A stretch of 64,000 bases of DNA, taken from sequence record MH494197.1. One strand, 5' to 3'. This DNA comes from Escherichia phage CMSTMSU. The position numbers and the translations under genes were made by a program. The notes beneath the pieces were generated by a model. That model was not told the origin of the DNA, ran no database searches, and saw only the letters and a list, made by a program, of their open reading frames with translations. This document shows, one piece after another, positions 32,870 through 42,899 of this stretch; positions within the stretch are counted from its first letter, which is position 1, and each line of letters opens with the position of its first letter.

Positions 32870-33070
32870 TCAAACGTAATCATAATTCCAATCTGTCCCA
32901 TCTAACCTTCTAAGATATCTTGCGTAAATTATTTCGAAATATCTGTGCAACGAAATTACGGATTGCTCATAATCATCATTCCTGTACATTGTGCATGTAA
33001 GAAAATCATTTAAACCGTAATCTAAACTGCACTTGAACTTCTCCTTTGCAACATCTCTAAAATTATCCAT
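32870..33070 (-). CDS. hypothetical protein
   Basis: track ORF 66 aa; ATG overlaps stop of upstream small ORF (ATGGATAA). Confidence 0.4.
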   Translation of the reverse strand: MDNFRDVAKEKFKCSLDYGLNDFLTCTMYRNDDYEQSVISLHRYFEIIYARYLRRLDGTDWNYDYV

Positions 33071-33228
33071 AATATGTCCTCTGCACAGCGTAGGTGTACT
33101 GTGAACTCAGCACCGTTAATAGGTAATCTATATTGTAAGCACGATTTCCTCGTTGACTAGCACGACTAGAATAAAGAATATTATCCACATATGTATTGAA
33201 CTGTTCTTCAAATAACTCTTTCATCAGC

Positions 33229-33262
33229 ACCCTTTAACAACCTTTAACAACCTTTAACAACT
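33229..33262. repeat. tandem repeat, 3 copies of CCTTTAACAA
   Basis: read directly; overlaps the 3' end of ORF 33244..33600. Confidence 0.6.
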
Positions 33263-33600
33263 TTTGAAATGTAATCTTCTAATACACCAATGTTCTTTGT
33301 ATTCGTTCGAACTAAAAGATAACTTAAATTCTCGAACTCCTGAACATAATGCTTAACAGCGTACATGCATCGTAATTCAAAATCTGTATGAACCGTTTTG
33401 TACTGAAATAACATCTCTTCTGATGCATCTAAAAGCTCTGTAGCTTGTTCTGTACTGAACTTAAAGGGATTCTGTACTCCTGAACTAAAACACTTTTGTA
33501 CGTTCGTCTGGACACCCTGTGATAGATATAATCCTGTACTACCATCTTGTGTTGATATCGAATTGAAACCATTACTTGCAACCATTAAATCTGAACTCAA
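33244..33600 (-). CDS. family A paralog
   Basis: core SEEMLFQYKTVH. Confidence 0.45.
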   Translation of the reverse strand: MSSDLMVASNGFNSISTQDGSTGLYLSQGVQTNVQKCFSSGVQNPFKFSTEQATELLDASEEMLFQYKTVHTDFELRCMYAVKHYVQEFENLSYLLVRTNTKNIGVLEDYISKVVKGC

Positions 33601-33806
33601 TACAAATAATAATTTATCTTCCTTATGAATTAATAAATCTGACTTCAGGATTTTATTCCTGTACTGGTTATATCACCTATACTAAGATTGTCACTGAACT
33701 TCTCAGCGTTGTTCGCAATGCTCTGGACAAGATTTTTAATCTCTTAATGGCACTTCTGTCTTTTTCTAATGTATCTAATAAACTCATTGAACTCATTGTA
33801 CTTTCC

Positions 33807-34151
33807 TTACATATTTGTACCGAACAAAACGGAACTTTGAATACCATTAATCGACACTTCATGTACATATATATTTTGTCTGAATACCTGAAGCAATTGA
33901 ACTAAACTTTGTTGCATAATAATATGCATCGCTACATTATCAAAGGCCGTTTCGTATTGGAATCGTGCAGCTTCATCTTCTATTAAATTCGGAACTTGGA
34001 CTGGATTCTCAAAATTTGTCCTTGTACTGAACTGTACATCATTGTCCTGTACCTTAATACCATATGAATTATCATTGTTATCAACTACATCAAATTCAAT
34101 TAAACTACCATCTTTACTGACGTTCACTATATACACTGAAAATCTACTCAT
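33807..34151 (-). CDS. family A paralog
   Basis: core EAARFQYETAFD. Confidence 0.45.
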   Translation of the reverse strand: MSRFSVYIVNVSKDGSLIEFDVVDNNDNSYGIKVQDNDVQFSTRTNFENPVQVPNLIEDEAARFQYETAFDNVAMHIIMQQSLVQLLQVFRQNIYVHEVSINGIQSSVLFGTNM

Positions 34152-34194
34152 AATCCTATTTCCTTTAAATCTTCCAAAAATGTTTCATAATCAC

Positions 34195-34464
34195 TTAAGG
34201 AAAAAAGATATCCGTATCGATGTTCGCATCTAATACATTATACAAATTCTGCATCTGTAACACATCAGGAGCATCAATCAATGATTGCTGGAAATAGGCA
34301 GCTTCATCTTCTAAAATATCCCTGAATGTTCTCTCTCGTACTCTGTGGTGTACTGAATTGAATATTGATTTCTCATCCTTAAGCATTGGTAGGTATCGAA
34401 TGTACATGTGTTCTCTTAGCTCAGGACTGATGGAACCCTGAACTGTAACACGTATTCGAAGCAC
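34195..34464 (-). CDS. family A paralog
   Basis: core EAAYFQQSLID. Confidence 0.45.
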   Translation of the reverse strand: MLRIRVTVQGSISPELREHMYIRYLPMLKDEKSIFNSVHHRVRERTFRDILEDEAAYFQQSLIDAPDVLQMQNLYNVLDANIDTDIFFP

Positions 34465-34703
34465 ATAGCAACATCCTGAAGGTAATTGGCACTGTAATTA
34501 TTGCTGTAAACAATCTTATGACTTCTGAACTCATCATCATTTCTGAACCAATTGTCACCTACTTTGGTGTACTTATGACTAAGCAATCCACCCTCTAACG
34601 CTTTGATGATCTTCAAAATGTTGTGTGCAAATGCATATGATGTATTGTACTTGGCCTGATACATGTGTGCCTCATCTGCCTCATTTGGCGTTAAAATATT
34701 CAC
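34416..34703 (-). CDS. hypothetical protein, degenerate family A motif
   Basis: EAHMYQAKYN. Confidence 0.35.
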   Translation of the reverse strand: MNILTPNEADEAHMYQAKYNTSYAFAHNILKIIKALEGGLLSHKYTKVGDNWFRNDDEFRSHKIVYSNNYSANYLQDVAMCFEYVLQFRVPSVLS

Positions 34704-34876
34704 TGAAATGATTATAACACAAAAGCACCACTATGTTAAGCACTCTGTTGTCAAAATCATCTTGTGATGCAGGATGCAAGGACGCATTGATGTTAAAATT
34801 CACTATATCATTGTGGAATTGGTATGTGAACAAATCAAACTTCGTATGCCTTTGTTTGATATCATAGGCGGTCATA

Positions 34877-35080
34877 TTATATATTCAACCCTTTAACAAT
34901 GGAAATAAATTCTTTGTATACATTTTCAGGTAAAGCTTTACTACCATAAAGAATACTAAATTCAGGTAACATATCCGAAATCTCTTTCGCTAAATTTATT
35001 TCATCCCTGAACATTTGCACAGGCATGATATCCTGTACCAATGATAACTGAAAGAAAAATGATTCAATATCTTCATGCAC
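34877..35080 (-). CDS. family A paralog
   Basis: core ESFFFQLSLVQD. Confidence 0.45.
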   Translation of the reverse strand: MHEDIESFFFQLSLVQDIMPVQMFRDEINLAKEISDMLPEFSILYGSKALPENVYKEFISIVKGLNI

Positions 35081-35236
35081 CTCTGAATTTAAATAAATCT
35101 CTTCTGGAAACTGGGCTGTACTGTAATAATAAAATACATCAATTCTTTTTCATTATTTTGTACAAGAGGTAAATTTCTTTCGTCTCTCTTATTAATATTT
35201 GTTTTCCATGACTCAATGTTATTCGGAATCCAAAAC

Positions 35237-35482
35237 TCATAAGGTGTCTTCTCCTGAAATATTATCCAGCTTCAATCCATAATATTCACCTTCTCCGTAC
35301 TTTTGCTTCAAAACAATACCTGTACTACTAATGTTTACAATGTACGTATCAACAATCCCTTCTGTGCTAAAAGGAATATTTAACTCTGAACCTTCAGGGT
35401 ACTTAGCATTGAATGCATCTAATGCTTTACTTAGCACTGGGATTGCACTGGTACTGTACTTCATTAATTGGTCTATGATCAT
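35237..35482 (-). CDS. hypothetical protein
   Basis: track ORF 81 aa. Confidence 0.4.
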   Translation of the reverse strand: MIIDQLMKYSTSAIPVLSKALDAFNAKYPEGSELNIPFSTEGIVDTYIVNISSTGIVLKQKYGEGEYYGLKLDNISGEDTL

Positions 35483-35853
35483 TTTAATTCTGTAATCACT
35501 GCATTTACTGCACTTGATGCAAATAAACTGATATTTGAACGATACATATCGTACACTGTACTTTCTTTCTTGTGCACAATGAAATCATAAAGATCAACGA
35601 ATGCAGGAATAATAATCTTGAATGATTTATTTGGGTACGTCCCAAAATCAACTGTACTCAATTTTGCAACGAGCATAACAACAAAGATTTCTTCTGGACT
35701 ATGCAATGTACTGTACTGAAAATATTCCTCAGCACTCATGGCACTTATTGCATTTATATCTTGTGTTTGTAATGTAATATTAAGATATTCAAAAATAGAA
35801 TAAAACTCTGATTTTGTTTGTATTTTGTATTTGTCAATTGGGGTATCTCTCAT
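35479..35853 (-). CDS. family A paralog
   Basis: core SAEEYFQYSTLH. Confidence 0.45.
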   Translation of the reverse strand: MRDTPIDKYKIQTKSEFYSIFEYLNITLQTQDINAISAMSAEEYFQYSTLHSPEEIFVVMLVAKLSTVDFGTYPNKSFKIIIPAFVDLYDFIVHKKESTVYDMYRSNISLFASSAVNAVITELK

Positions 35854-36104
35854 GAACCATAAACGATCTTGTCCATAAAAGGAATGATTGAATTTGGGGA
35901 AGCCAGAAATACTTCTTCACTATCAATATCCTTTAACTCAATTTGCATACCGGATGAATTGGCAATAATTAATTCATTAAAAATATAATGAACCTTGTGT
36001 ACAATCTCTTGTACTGAATTGAAATCATCTGGTATTTTAAAATTTTCCATAGGTATCTCCTTAAAATGATTACACATTGTACCATGCATTTGTACTCGTG
36101 TCAA
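35850..36104 (-). CDS. hypothetical protein
   Basis: track ORF 84 aa; degenerate SEEVFLASPNS. Confidence 0.35.
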   Translation of the reverse strand: MTRVQMHGTMCNHFKEIPMENFKIPDDFNSVQEIVHKVHYIFNELIIANSSGMQIELKDIDSEEVFLASPNSIIPFMDKIVYGS

Positions 36105-36120
36105 ACAAAAAGCCCATATC

Positions 36121-36618
36121 TTACGATACAGGCATGTTTATTTGAATTTCATTGTACAAATCATCAATATATAGACATGAAAACGATAAACTTTCTTTAA
36201 CTATATTGTTGTGATAAAGCATTTTAAATGCAATATAGAAAAATAAATCAATATCATCATGTACTAAATTCTGCTGGAACCACCACTCTTCTGTTAAATC
36301 TTGTGCATTAAAATCATCAGGAACTACAATTGACGACATATCAGCATCTTCTTTGTACTCAAACCACATGTCGTCATTTGGATAACGTTCATGCTTCTCT
36401 GGGTAACAATTGCTGGGATTAAATGCTAAAATATAAAATGCCGTCGCAGAATGTTCTTTATTATAAAATGAATTATTCCACACCTGATACCTTTCACCAA
36501 CATCAAACTCTTTTGATACTGATGTTATTGCACATAATGTACGATATATTGTTTCTATTTTGTGAACAAATTTAAAGGCTGCATCTAAACTGAACTCTAA
36601 ATCAGACATGCGGTGCAT
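36121..36618 (-). CDS. family A paralog
   Basis: core TEEWWFQQNLVHD. Confidence 0.45.
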   Translation of the reverse strand: MHRMSDLEFSLDAAFKFVHKIETIYRTLCAITSVSKEFDVGERYQVWNNSFYNKEHSATAFYILAFNPSNCYPEKHERYPNDDMWFEYKEDADMSSIVVPDDFNAQDLTEEWWFQQNLVHDDIDLFFYIAFKMLYHNNIVKESLSFSCLYIDDLYNEIQINMPVS

Positions 36619-36938
36619 AAAATTACCTCAACTAAAATAAGAACGGTATTGAATTCGAGGCAACCTTTGATACCTTGATTGTACATGTACTTTGCTACTA
36701 CATATTTCTGTACTAAATTATAATTATTAAATTCCTCAAAATTGTAATTTAGAATGAAATTTGTACTCAAAAATAACTTATGCATCTCTAATGCACTCTG
36801 ATAATATTTGTACAACTCACTGATATCAATACTTTGTAAATCACTTTGTTCATATGTATGATAAGGAATGGCGTCAATATCAATATTATTAAACCATTCT
36901 CTTAACTTATTAATATCAAATGTATTATTCAGCTTCAT
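36597..36938 (-). CDS. hypothetical protein
   Basis: track ORF 113 aa. Confidence 0.4.
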   Translation of the reverse strand: MKLNNTFDINKLREWFNNIDIDAIPYHTYEQSDLQSIDISELYKYYQSALEMHKLFLSTNFILNYNFEEFNNYNLVQKYVVAKYMYNQGIKGCLEFNTVLILVEVILCTACLI

Positions 36939-37042
36939 AACTCAATACCTCCATTAAGCACTCATAAACACCATCAATCGCATAAGCACAAAACTGAAAT
37001 TAATTTTGTTATTCTTGTGTAATGGACTATCGTGTACTGTAC

Positions 37043-37500
37043 TCAACATAACACTATAAAACAAAGAACGTTCATGTGTAAATAATGATTCCTGAAAAAT
37101 GCTTCCTCTGATTTAATTTTATTATATTCAATCGATTGATCATTAGAATAAAATGAATCTTGATTTGAATTGTACCATGTGTAATCCAAATCATTCTTTG
37201 ATATAACTGGTGTTGGATTAAACTGTAAAAGACTAATAACACTACGGGCATTTGGGGTATCAGGTGTATTGAATCGTTTATCAAAATGACTCGTGCACGC
37301 AATATGTGAATCAAAATCAGATGGTTTAAACCCCATGAATGCGTTAATGATTCTTGTATATGGTTTTTATTATGTGCTGCTTTCTGTACATTATATAAGG
37401 CTGCAACAATACAAGCTAACTTTTGTCCCATAAGGATTGCATTAGCGTAGGTGTACTGAATTTCATTGTACTCATTGCTTTCATTGTACTTCGAGATCAT
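37043..37500 (-). CDS. hypothetical protein, frame-shifted; degenerate family A motif
   Basis: two overlapping minus-strand ORFs 37043..37336 and 37072..37500; SEEAFF... Confidence 0.3.
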
Positions 37501-37690
37501 GGAACAGCCTCACTTTGCCTAACTCGTCATTGGATATTAATTCGTTAACAGCTTTTTGTATATTCTTTAATAATAGCACATCAAATCCTTTTGTGTCAAG
37601 CACACATTGCATTTGGAAGAATTCTTCTTCTGATAATGTATTAAAATCCACAAAATTGTCTAATATTACGTCATTATCCAAATGTGCCAT
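37481..37690 (-). CDS. family A paralog
   Basis: core SEEEFFQMQCVLD; near-identical to 37818..38129. Confidence 0.45.
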   Translation of the reverse strand: MAHLDNDVILDNFVDFNTLSEEEFFQMQCVLDTKGFDVLLLKNIQKAVNELISNDELGKVRLFHDLEVQ

Positions 37691-37817
37691 GTGCCATGTA
37701 TTTCTTTCGAGCGTTTAATAAAATTCCATCCATCTGGATAATCGGGTTCTAATTCTACATATATCCCCGATACTGTATAAAGCATTTTATATATCATAAC
37801 TATTGTACTCATTGTTT

Positions 37818-38129
37818 TCACTGTACGTCGATGTCATAATACGCTCCTACCTCATAATCTTTCTTGCTTTGGAATTCATTAACGACTTTCTGTATATTTC
37901 TTAATGTTACCATGTCATGTCCGTACATGTCAACCACCAATTGCATTTGGAAAAATTCTTCTTCAGATAATGTATTAAAATCTATAAAATAATCCGTAAC
38001 AACCTGTGCGTCTAAATTTGCCATGTACCATTGATTGGTATCGACCTCTTTAACCAAATTCCATGCATCTGGATCGGATTCTAATTCTACATATATTAAT
38101 GTTAATGTATAAAGCATTTTATACTTCAT
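37818..38129 (-). CDS. family A paralog
   Basis: core SEEEFFQMQLVVD. Confidence 0.45.
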   Translation of the reverse strand: MKYKMLYTLTLIYVELESDPDAWNLVKEVDTNQWYMANLDAQVVTDYFIDFNTLSEEEFFQMQLVVDMYGHDMVTLRNIQKVVNEFQSKKDYEVGAYYDIDVQ

Positions 38130-38463
38130 AACTATATCCTTGCATTAATAAATCATAAACGTTTGAAAGGTGCGGAATTTTGATATAAAATTTAAAACCC
38201 TTAATTAAAGGATTCGCGTACAATGAACTGAATAACTTTAGATAATGTATTTGACGAGGACTGTATAATAACGATTTCTGAAATAATTCAGCACTACAAT
38301 CTGAACTAATATCAATTAAATCAATTCGTGCTTCTACTTCATCATCTTGTTTCAAAACATAAAAGAAATAATCGTTTGTGTTGACCCACAAATACCCTTC
38401 ACTATTTTCGTATATAACAGGAGATGCTTGTTCTGGATTGCCTTGGCAAATGCTGCAAAACAA
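38119..38463 (-). CDS. family A paralog
   Basis: core SAELFQKSLLYS; C-terminus LLMQGYSYEV shared with 38700..39014. Confidence 0.45.
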   Translation of the reverse strand: MFCSICQGNPEQASPVIYENSEGYLWVNTNDYFFYVLKQDDEVEARIDLIDISSDCSAELFQKSLLYSPRQIHYLKLFSSLYANPLIKGFKFYIKIPHLSNVYDLLMQGYSYEV

Positions 38464-38699
38464 ACTTTTGCATTACTTTCATCTTTAAACATAAACGATA
38501 ATTTATCATATCTATCTTCTATGCGTAAATCACCTATAAAATGTACTTATGCATAGAATGATTATTCTTGAGCATAAGCATTACTGTACTAATCTTGTGT
38601 GCTAATAATTCTATCTCATTCATATATTATTACCTATTGATTGATACATCGTCATTGTCTTCTAATTCAACATAAATCATATCTTTTGTATAAAGCATT

Positions 38700-39014
38700 T
38701 TATACTTCATAACTATATCCTTGCATTAAAAGATCATAAGCAATATCAACTAATTCTAAACGAATGAAAAATTTTAAATTATCTTTCAATGGATTCAAAT
38801 GCATTGTACTAAACAACATAAGATACTTCATTTGATTTGTATTGTATATTAGGGATGTCTGGAATACTTCTGCTTCATTGTAAGGATCAATGAATTTTAT
38901 ACCTTCTTCACTGTAATCCGTTTTGGAATTCTGATATATAAAATAATCATCACCAGCATTGTACCACAAATAACCTTCAAAACTGGAATCAAATTCTGAA
39001 TTTTCATTTCGCAT
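38700..39014 (-). CDS. family A paralog
   Basis: core AEVFQTSLIYN. Confidence 0.45.
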   Translation of the reverse strand: MRNENSEFDSSFEGYLWYNAGDDYFIYQNSKTDYSEEGIKFIDPYNEAEVFQTSLIYNTNQMKYLMLFSTMHLNPLKDNLKFFIRLELVDIAYDLLMQGYSYEV

Positions 39015-39259
39015 TAAAGGTGATACTGAAATTGGATTTGAACCAACTGTTGCACAAACCTCAATGAAAGCATCTTCATTTCCTTAACTTCTTCTTTGAT
39101 TTTATCATTGTACTGACCTGCAAAACCAGCTTTCACTTCCAAATATAAACTACTCCCAACTTTATTAATTCTTAAAAGGGAACTCTGTACTGTATTCGCA
39201 TTGTTCAGCACTAACGATATTGTGCAAATCTTATGTACCAATAACTCAATATCATTCAT
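39014..39259 (-). CDS. hypothetical protein
   Basis: track ORF 81 aa. Confidence 0.35.
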   Translation of the reverse strand: MNDIELLVHKICTISLVLNNANTVQSSLLRINKVGSSLYLEVKAGFAGQYNDKIKEEVKEMKMLSLRFVQQLVQIQFQYHL

Positions 39260-39964
39260 ATTGGTATTCCTTAATTTGGTGGATTTGGATGTAATAACTG
39301 ATCTATATAATTTAAATGTTCTATTGTAACTAATGAAAGATAATAATTGTAATTATCTATACCACCCTTTAAATGTATATTGTAATACATCTTGATACTT
39401 ACTAATAAAGAATCATTTAAATCATTTATTGCTTTTGTATTAACGGTTTTCATTAATGTTCTTCTCTTAAAAACGCTTAATGGCACAATCTAAATAAAAA
39501 TCATAATACATCATATCTCTATTCTTAACCCATACACAATAATCTGCATTAATATTTCTTAATAATATATTCATATTATAATCTTCACACCCTAATCGTG
39601 CCATTTAATAGGATACTCCGTTCCATTTATTGTATAAGATATAATCCATCCGTAATGAATAGGATGATTTTTGTCTGAATCAGGAATAAAATATAAAGAT
39701 GTACTGGGTTATAACTGAATAAATCGTTGTTACCAATTGTAAAATGTGATAACTCAATCTTCCTTGTACCTGTACTTGGACGAAGAACATTCTTAACACC
39801 GAAGACTGTACCTTGATATTTCTCGGAAAATTCAAACAATGCATCTGCAATTAAATCACGAAACTCCGCATGTATGGTTTCAAAAAATCTATATTACACG
39901 ATGTTTTAATATCCTTGAACTCCTTATATAAAGAGCTTCTTGTATTCAAAAGAAATATTACTTT

Positions 39965-40165
39965 TTAAGATCCTGAACTATTTCTGGATTCATATTCATT
40001 TATCTCATTCTGTAACTTAAGCATCAAAATTTGCATATTAATTTTTTGTACAAGGTGATTGAGAAATTTCTGTACTGTATCTTCTTGTTCTTTTGACCCA
40101 AGATAAAATAACATATTAAATTCCGATAACCTCAGAGCAAAATCTTCCTCTCCCCTCGTAAACAA
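39965..40165 (-). CDS. family B paralog
   Basis: core YLGSKEQEDTVQKFL. Confidence 0.4.
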   Translation of the reverse strand: MFTRGEEDFALRLSEFNMLFYLGSKEQEDTVQKFLNHLVQKINMQILMLKLQNEINEYESRNSSGS

Positions 40166-40199
40166 AAATCCCTGTACTTTGAAGCGTACAAATATTGGT

Positions 40200-40412
40200 T
40201 TACCTTTTTATACCTTTGGGTCTGCATTGTATCTCCTTTTTCAAACACCTTATTAGATTATCAACGTATTGGTCCTGTACTATTGTCCCTAGATAAAATA
40301 ATACATCGAACTCTGATAATTTTATATTGAAAGGATCTACATATACATCTTTAATAAACTCTTTGTACTTCAAAATATATGCATTAGGTAAATTCTTATA
40401 TATCGATTTCAA
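40200..40412 (-). CDS. family B paralog
   Basis: core YLGTIVQDQYVDNLI. Confidence 0.4.
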   Translation of the reverse strand: MKSIYKNLPNAYILKYKEFIKDVYVDPFNIKLSEFDVLFYLGTIVQDQYVDNLIRCLKKEIQCRPKGIKR

Positions 40413-40626
40413 TGATCCTCCCTGACATACCTTGTATTAGCTTATCATACATATCTAGCATTACTTTTTGAATACTAATTAATACTGGCATCGTGCAAAT
40501 ATCAATGTCGTATATTAAGCTGTACTGGAATAATTCCTCTTCCTGCATTTGTACTAAATTAGGTAAAAGATAATTGTCTGCCTCTTCATCCGGTACTTGA
40601 ATGCATAACGCCATCCTTTTGTACAA
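40396..40626 (-). CDS. family A paralog
   Basis: core EEELFQYSLIYD. Confidence 0.45.
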   Translation of the reverse strand: MYKRMALCIQVPDEEADNYLLPNLVQMQEEELFQYSLIYDIDICTMPVLISIQKVMLDMYDKLIQGMSGRIIEIDI

Positions 40627-40712
40627 AAGAATGTCAATATCACCTAACTCTTCTGCATAACCAAAAATACATATACTGATGTTTTTGCTATATTAAATTT
40701 CATATTCTTCTC

Positions 40713-41063
40713 TTATATGTGGAATTCACATACGTGTTGAACAAAATTCTTTGGAAGATGACAATGTGTAATCATCTGCTTTTGTACTTCCTTCATATCT
40801 TCGAATGTAAATCCTAAAGAATCATCATGTACTAACAAGTACTGAAACTCTTCTTCTTCAGAGATAGAACATAAATTCGGTACTGAAATTGTGTTTGTTT
40901 TTCTTGCACCTAATTTCCAATGAAAAGAATTATTGCATTTTCTGTACTCAAATATCTTCAACCCAGAACCTGTATTAAAATCAGCTACTACAATGTAACA
41001 TGAATTCTTACGTACAATACAATTGAACTTACGCATTATCTCCACCTCTCTCCGTCTGTACAA
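40713..41063 (-). CDS. family A paralog
   Basis: core SEEEEFQYLLVHD. Confidence 0.45.
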   Translation of the reverse strand: MYRRREVEIMRKFNCIVRKNSCYIVVADFNTGSGLKIFEYRKCNNSFHWKLGARKTNTISVPNLCSISEEEEFQYLLVHDDSLGFTFEDMKEVQKQMITHCHLPKNFVQHVCEFHI

Positions 41064-41340
41064 GAGTACTGGTACGTTGTAGTTAGGGTAGGGACCATGT
41101 TTGTAATGGGCATATTATTAACAATAACGGTAACAGGCATAAGAATCGTCTCTTCTCTACTCTGTCCTGTCCTTGTGCAATTCATCTTTTGCATTTCATC
41201 GGACTCCATGAAATACAATACAAATGGTGCAATCCCAAGAACAATACACAAGACGATAAGGAAATTTAAAAATTCAACATAATTTTCTACCCTATGATTA
41301 ACGTACAGGTACTATATCAGTAATGAAAAGTACTGTCAAG

Positions 41341-41715
41341 CTAGTATTGCACTGTTCTAATGAAAGTACCTTTACTCATGGATTTAAGCTTATGAACCTC
41401 TTCCTGCATACCCTTAATTAACCCTAAAGGTATAGGTAAATCATGTACTAAGCTGTACTGAAAGTATTCTTCTTCAGATAAAGTACTAACATCTGGAATG
41501 CCAATTTTAGTTAGATAATCTTGATGTGTTGACCAATAAATTATATCTTCAGTACTATTGTACTCCCCATATACTGAACAATATTGATGAATATCTTTCC
41601 TGTACCCTTGAGCAATAAAGAACTTATCTACTGCATTACCAGCATTAATAGAATTCACTTCGATTGTCACAGTACTTGAGCTTGTTTTTCCTTTACTATG
41701 CATATTAATCCCCAA
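41341..41715 (-). CDS. family A paralog
   Basis: core SEEEYFQYSLVHD. Confidence 0.45.
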   Translation of the reverse strand: MGINMHSKGKTSSSTVTIEVNSINAGNAVDKFFIAQGYRKDIHQYCSVYGEYNSTEDIIYWSTHQDYLTKIGIPDVSTLSEEEYFQYSLVHDLPIPLGLIKGMQEEVHKLKSMSKGTFIRTVQY

Positions 41716-41887
41716 ATTAGATATCGAACACTATCAGCTTGATAGTTAGTTCCTACTGTGTGTTTTAATATTAACTCATCTTTCAGTACTGAACATTCTG
41801 CATTAGATATAGGAAGAGAATTAATTCTTTGAATTTCTGGTCGCAAAATACCGCGAAGCTTGCGGTAATCTTCGTATGATAATATTT

Positions 41888-42238
41888 TCATTGTTTAGTA
41901 CTCAATAATGTGTTCTTCATAATCACCATTAGGCTCTGTTTAGCTTCTTTCATTAGTACTATCATTTTATGTACTAATGGCATAGGAAATTCTAAATCCC
42001 ATACTAATGATTCTTGAAAGTATTCCTCTGGTGATAAAGTACTTAAATCTTTAATATCAACGTGCTTGTATATTTTATTTTCGTAATTAACAAATGATAT
42101 ATATAAATCATTAATATAAGAATCATACGTAATTGTGAATGGCTTACCCTTGTAGTCCATTACATCTCTACATAGACTACTTTTGATATATATATGTTCA
42201 TAGGATTTATATACCTTGAGTTGTATATTAGTTTTCAT
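41888..42238 (-). CDS. family A paralog
   Basis: core SPEEYFQESLVWD. Confidence 0.45.
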   Translation of the reverse strand: MKTNIQLKVYKSYEHIYIKSSLCRDVMDYKGKPFTITYDSYINDLYISFVNYENKIYKHVDIKDLSTLSPEEYFQESLVWDLEFPMPLVHKMIVLMKEAKQSLMVIMKNTLLSTKQ

Positions 42239-42503
42239 ATTTCTCTTTATTAGATTGTGTGGTTTTATAGTGAATGAAATCTATTAATGTAATCAAGTAC
42301 AACGTCAAATAGTACTCTTGTTGATCTGTACCTAATGATACAAAGAACTTGTGCTCATAGATTAAAACCTGTTTCTCTTCAAATGGACATTTAATCCTCT
42401 GTATAGGCTTAAGTAAATGATAGTACTTATTAAATCTATGATACATTTCTAGTTCTGTCAGTACTTTCATATTAAACACGTACTCCATTAGCTGTAGCAT
42501 CAC
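42228..42503 (-). CDS. family B paralog
   Basis: core SLGTDQQEYYLTLYL. Confidence 0.4.
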   Translation of the reverse strand: MMLQLMEYVFNMKVLTELEMYHRFNKYYHLLKPIQRIKCPFEEKQVLIYEHKFFVSLGTDQQEYYLTLYLITLIDFIHYKTTQSNKEKYEN

Positions 42504-42693
42504 GTAAAGCTGTCAAATACTTCTGTACTGCTTGCTCTTGCTTATTTGTACCTAAAAGTATATACATCCATAATTCACTGTAATGTACATCTTCTGTATA
42601 AGGGTTGTTGTAACTTTTTGATAATATAGCATCAAATTCAGATGCATGAACCCTTGTGAACTTAAGAATATCTTGTTGTGTTATGATTCTCAT
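42472..42693 (-). CDS. family B paralog
   Basis: MRIITQQDI start; core LLGTNKQEQAVQKYL. Confidence 0.45.
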   Translation of the reverse strand: MRIITQQDILKFTRVHASEFDAILSKSYNNPYTEDVHYSELWMYILLGTNKQEQAVQKYLTALRDATANGVRV

Positions 42694-42899
42694 ATTTTTC
42701 CTGTACTATCTGTATAAGAATACCTATGTGTGAATTAACAGTTCTCTCTTGATGCTGTGTTCCTAAGAGTGTCAGTACTATCATATCTGAACGCAAAAGA
42801 TTTTTTCAAGTTCACTTATATCAGTTCTTGAATCAAGTGCCATATATTTGTGATTATTCTTCCTGAATAGTGCCAAGTACTCTTGATTTGATATTTCCT

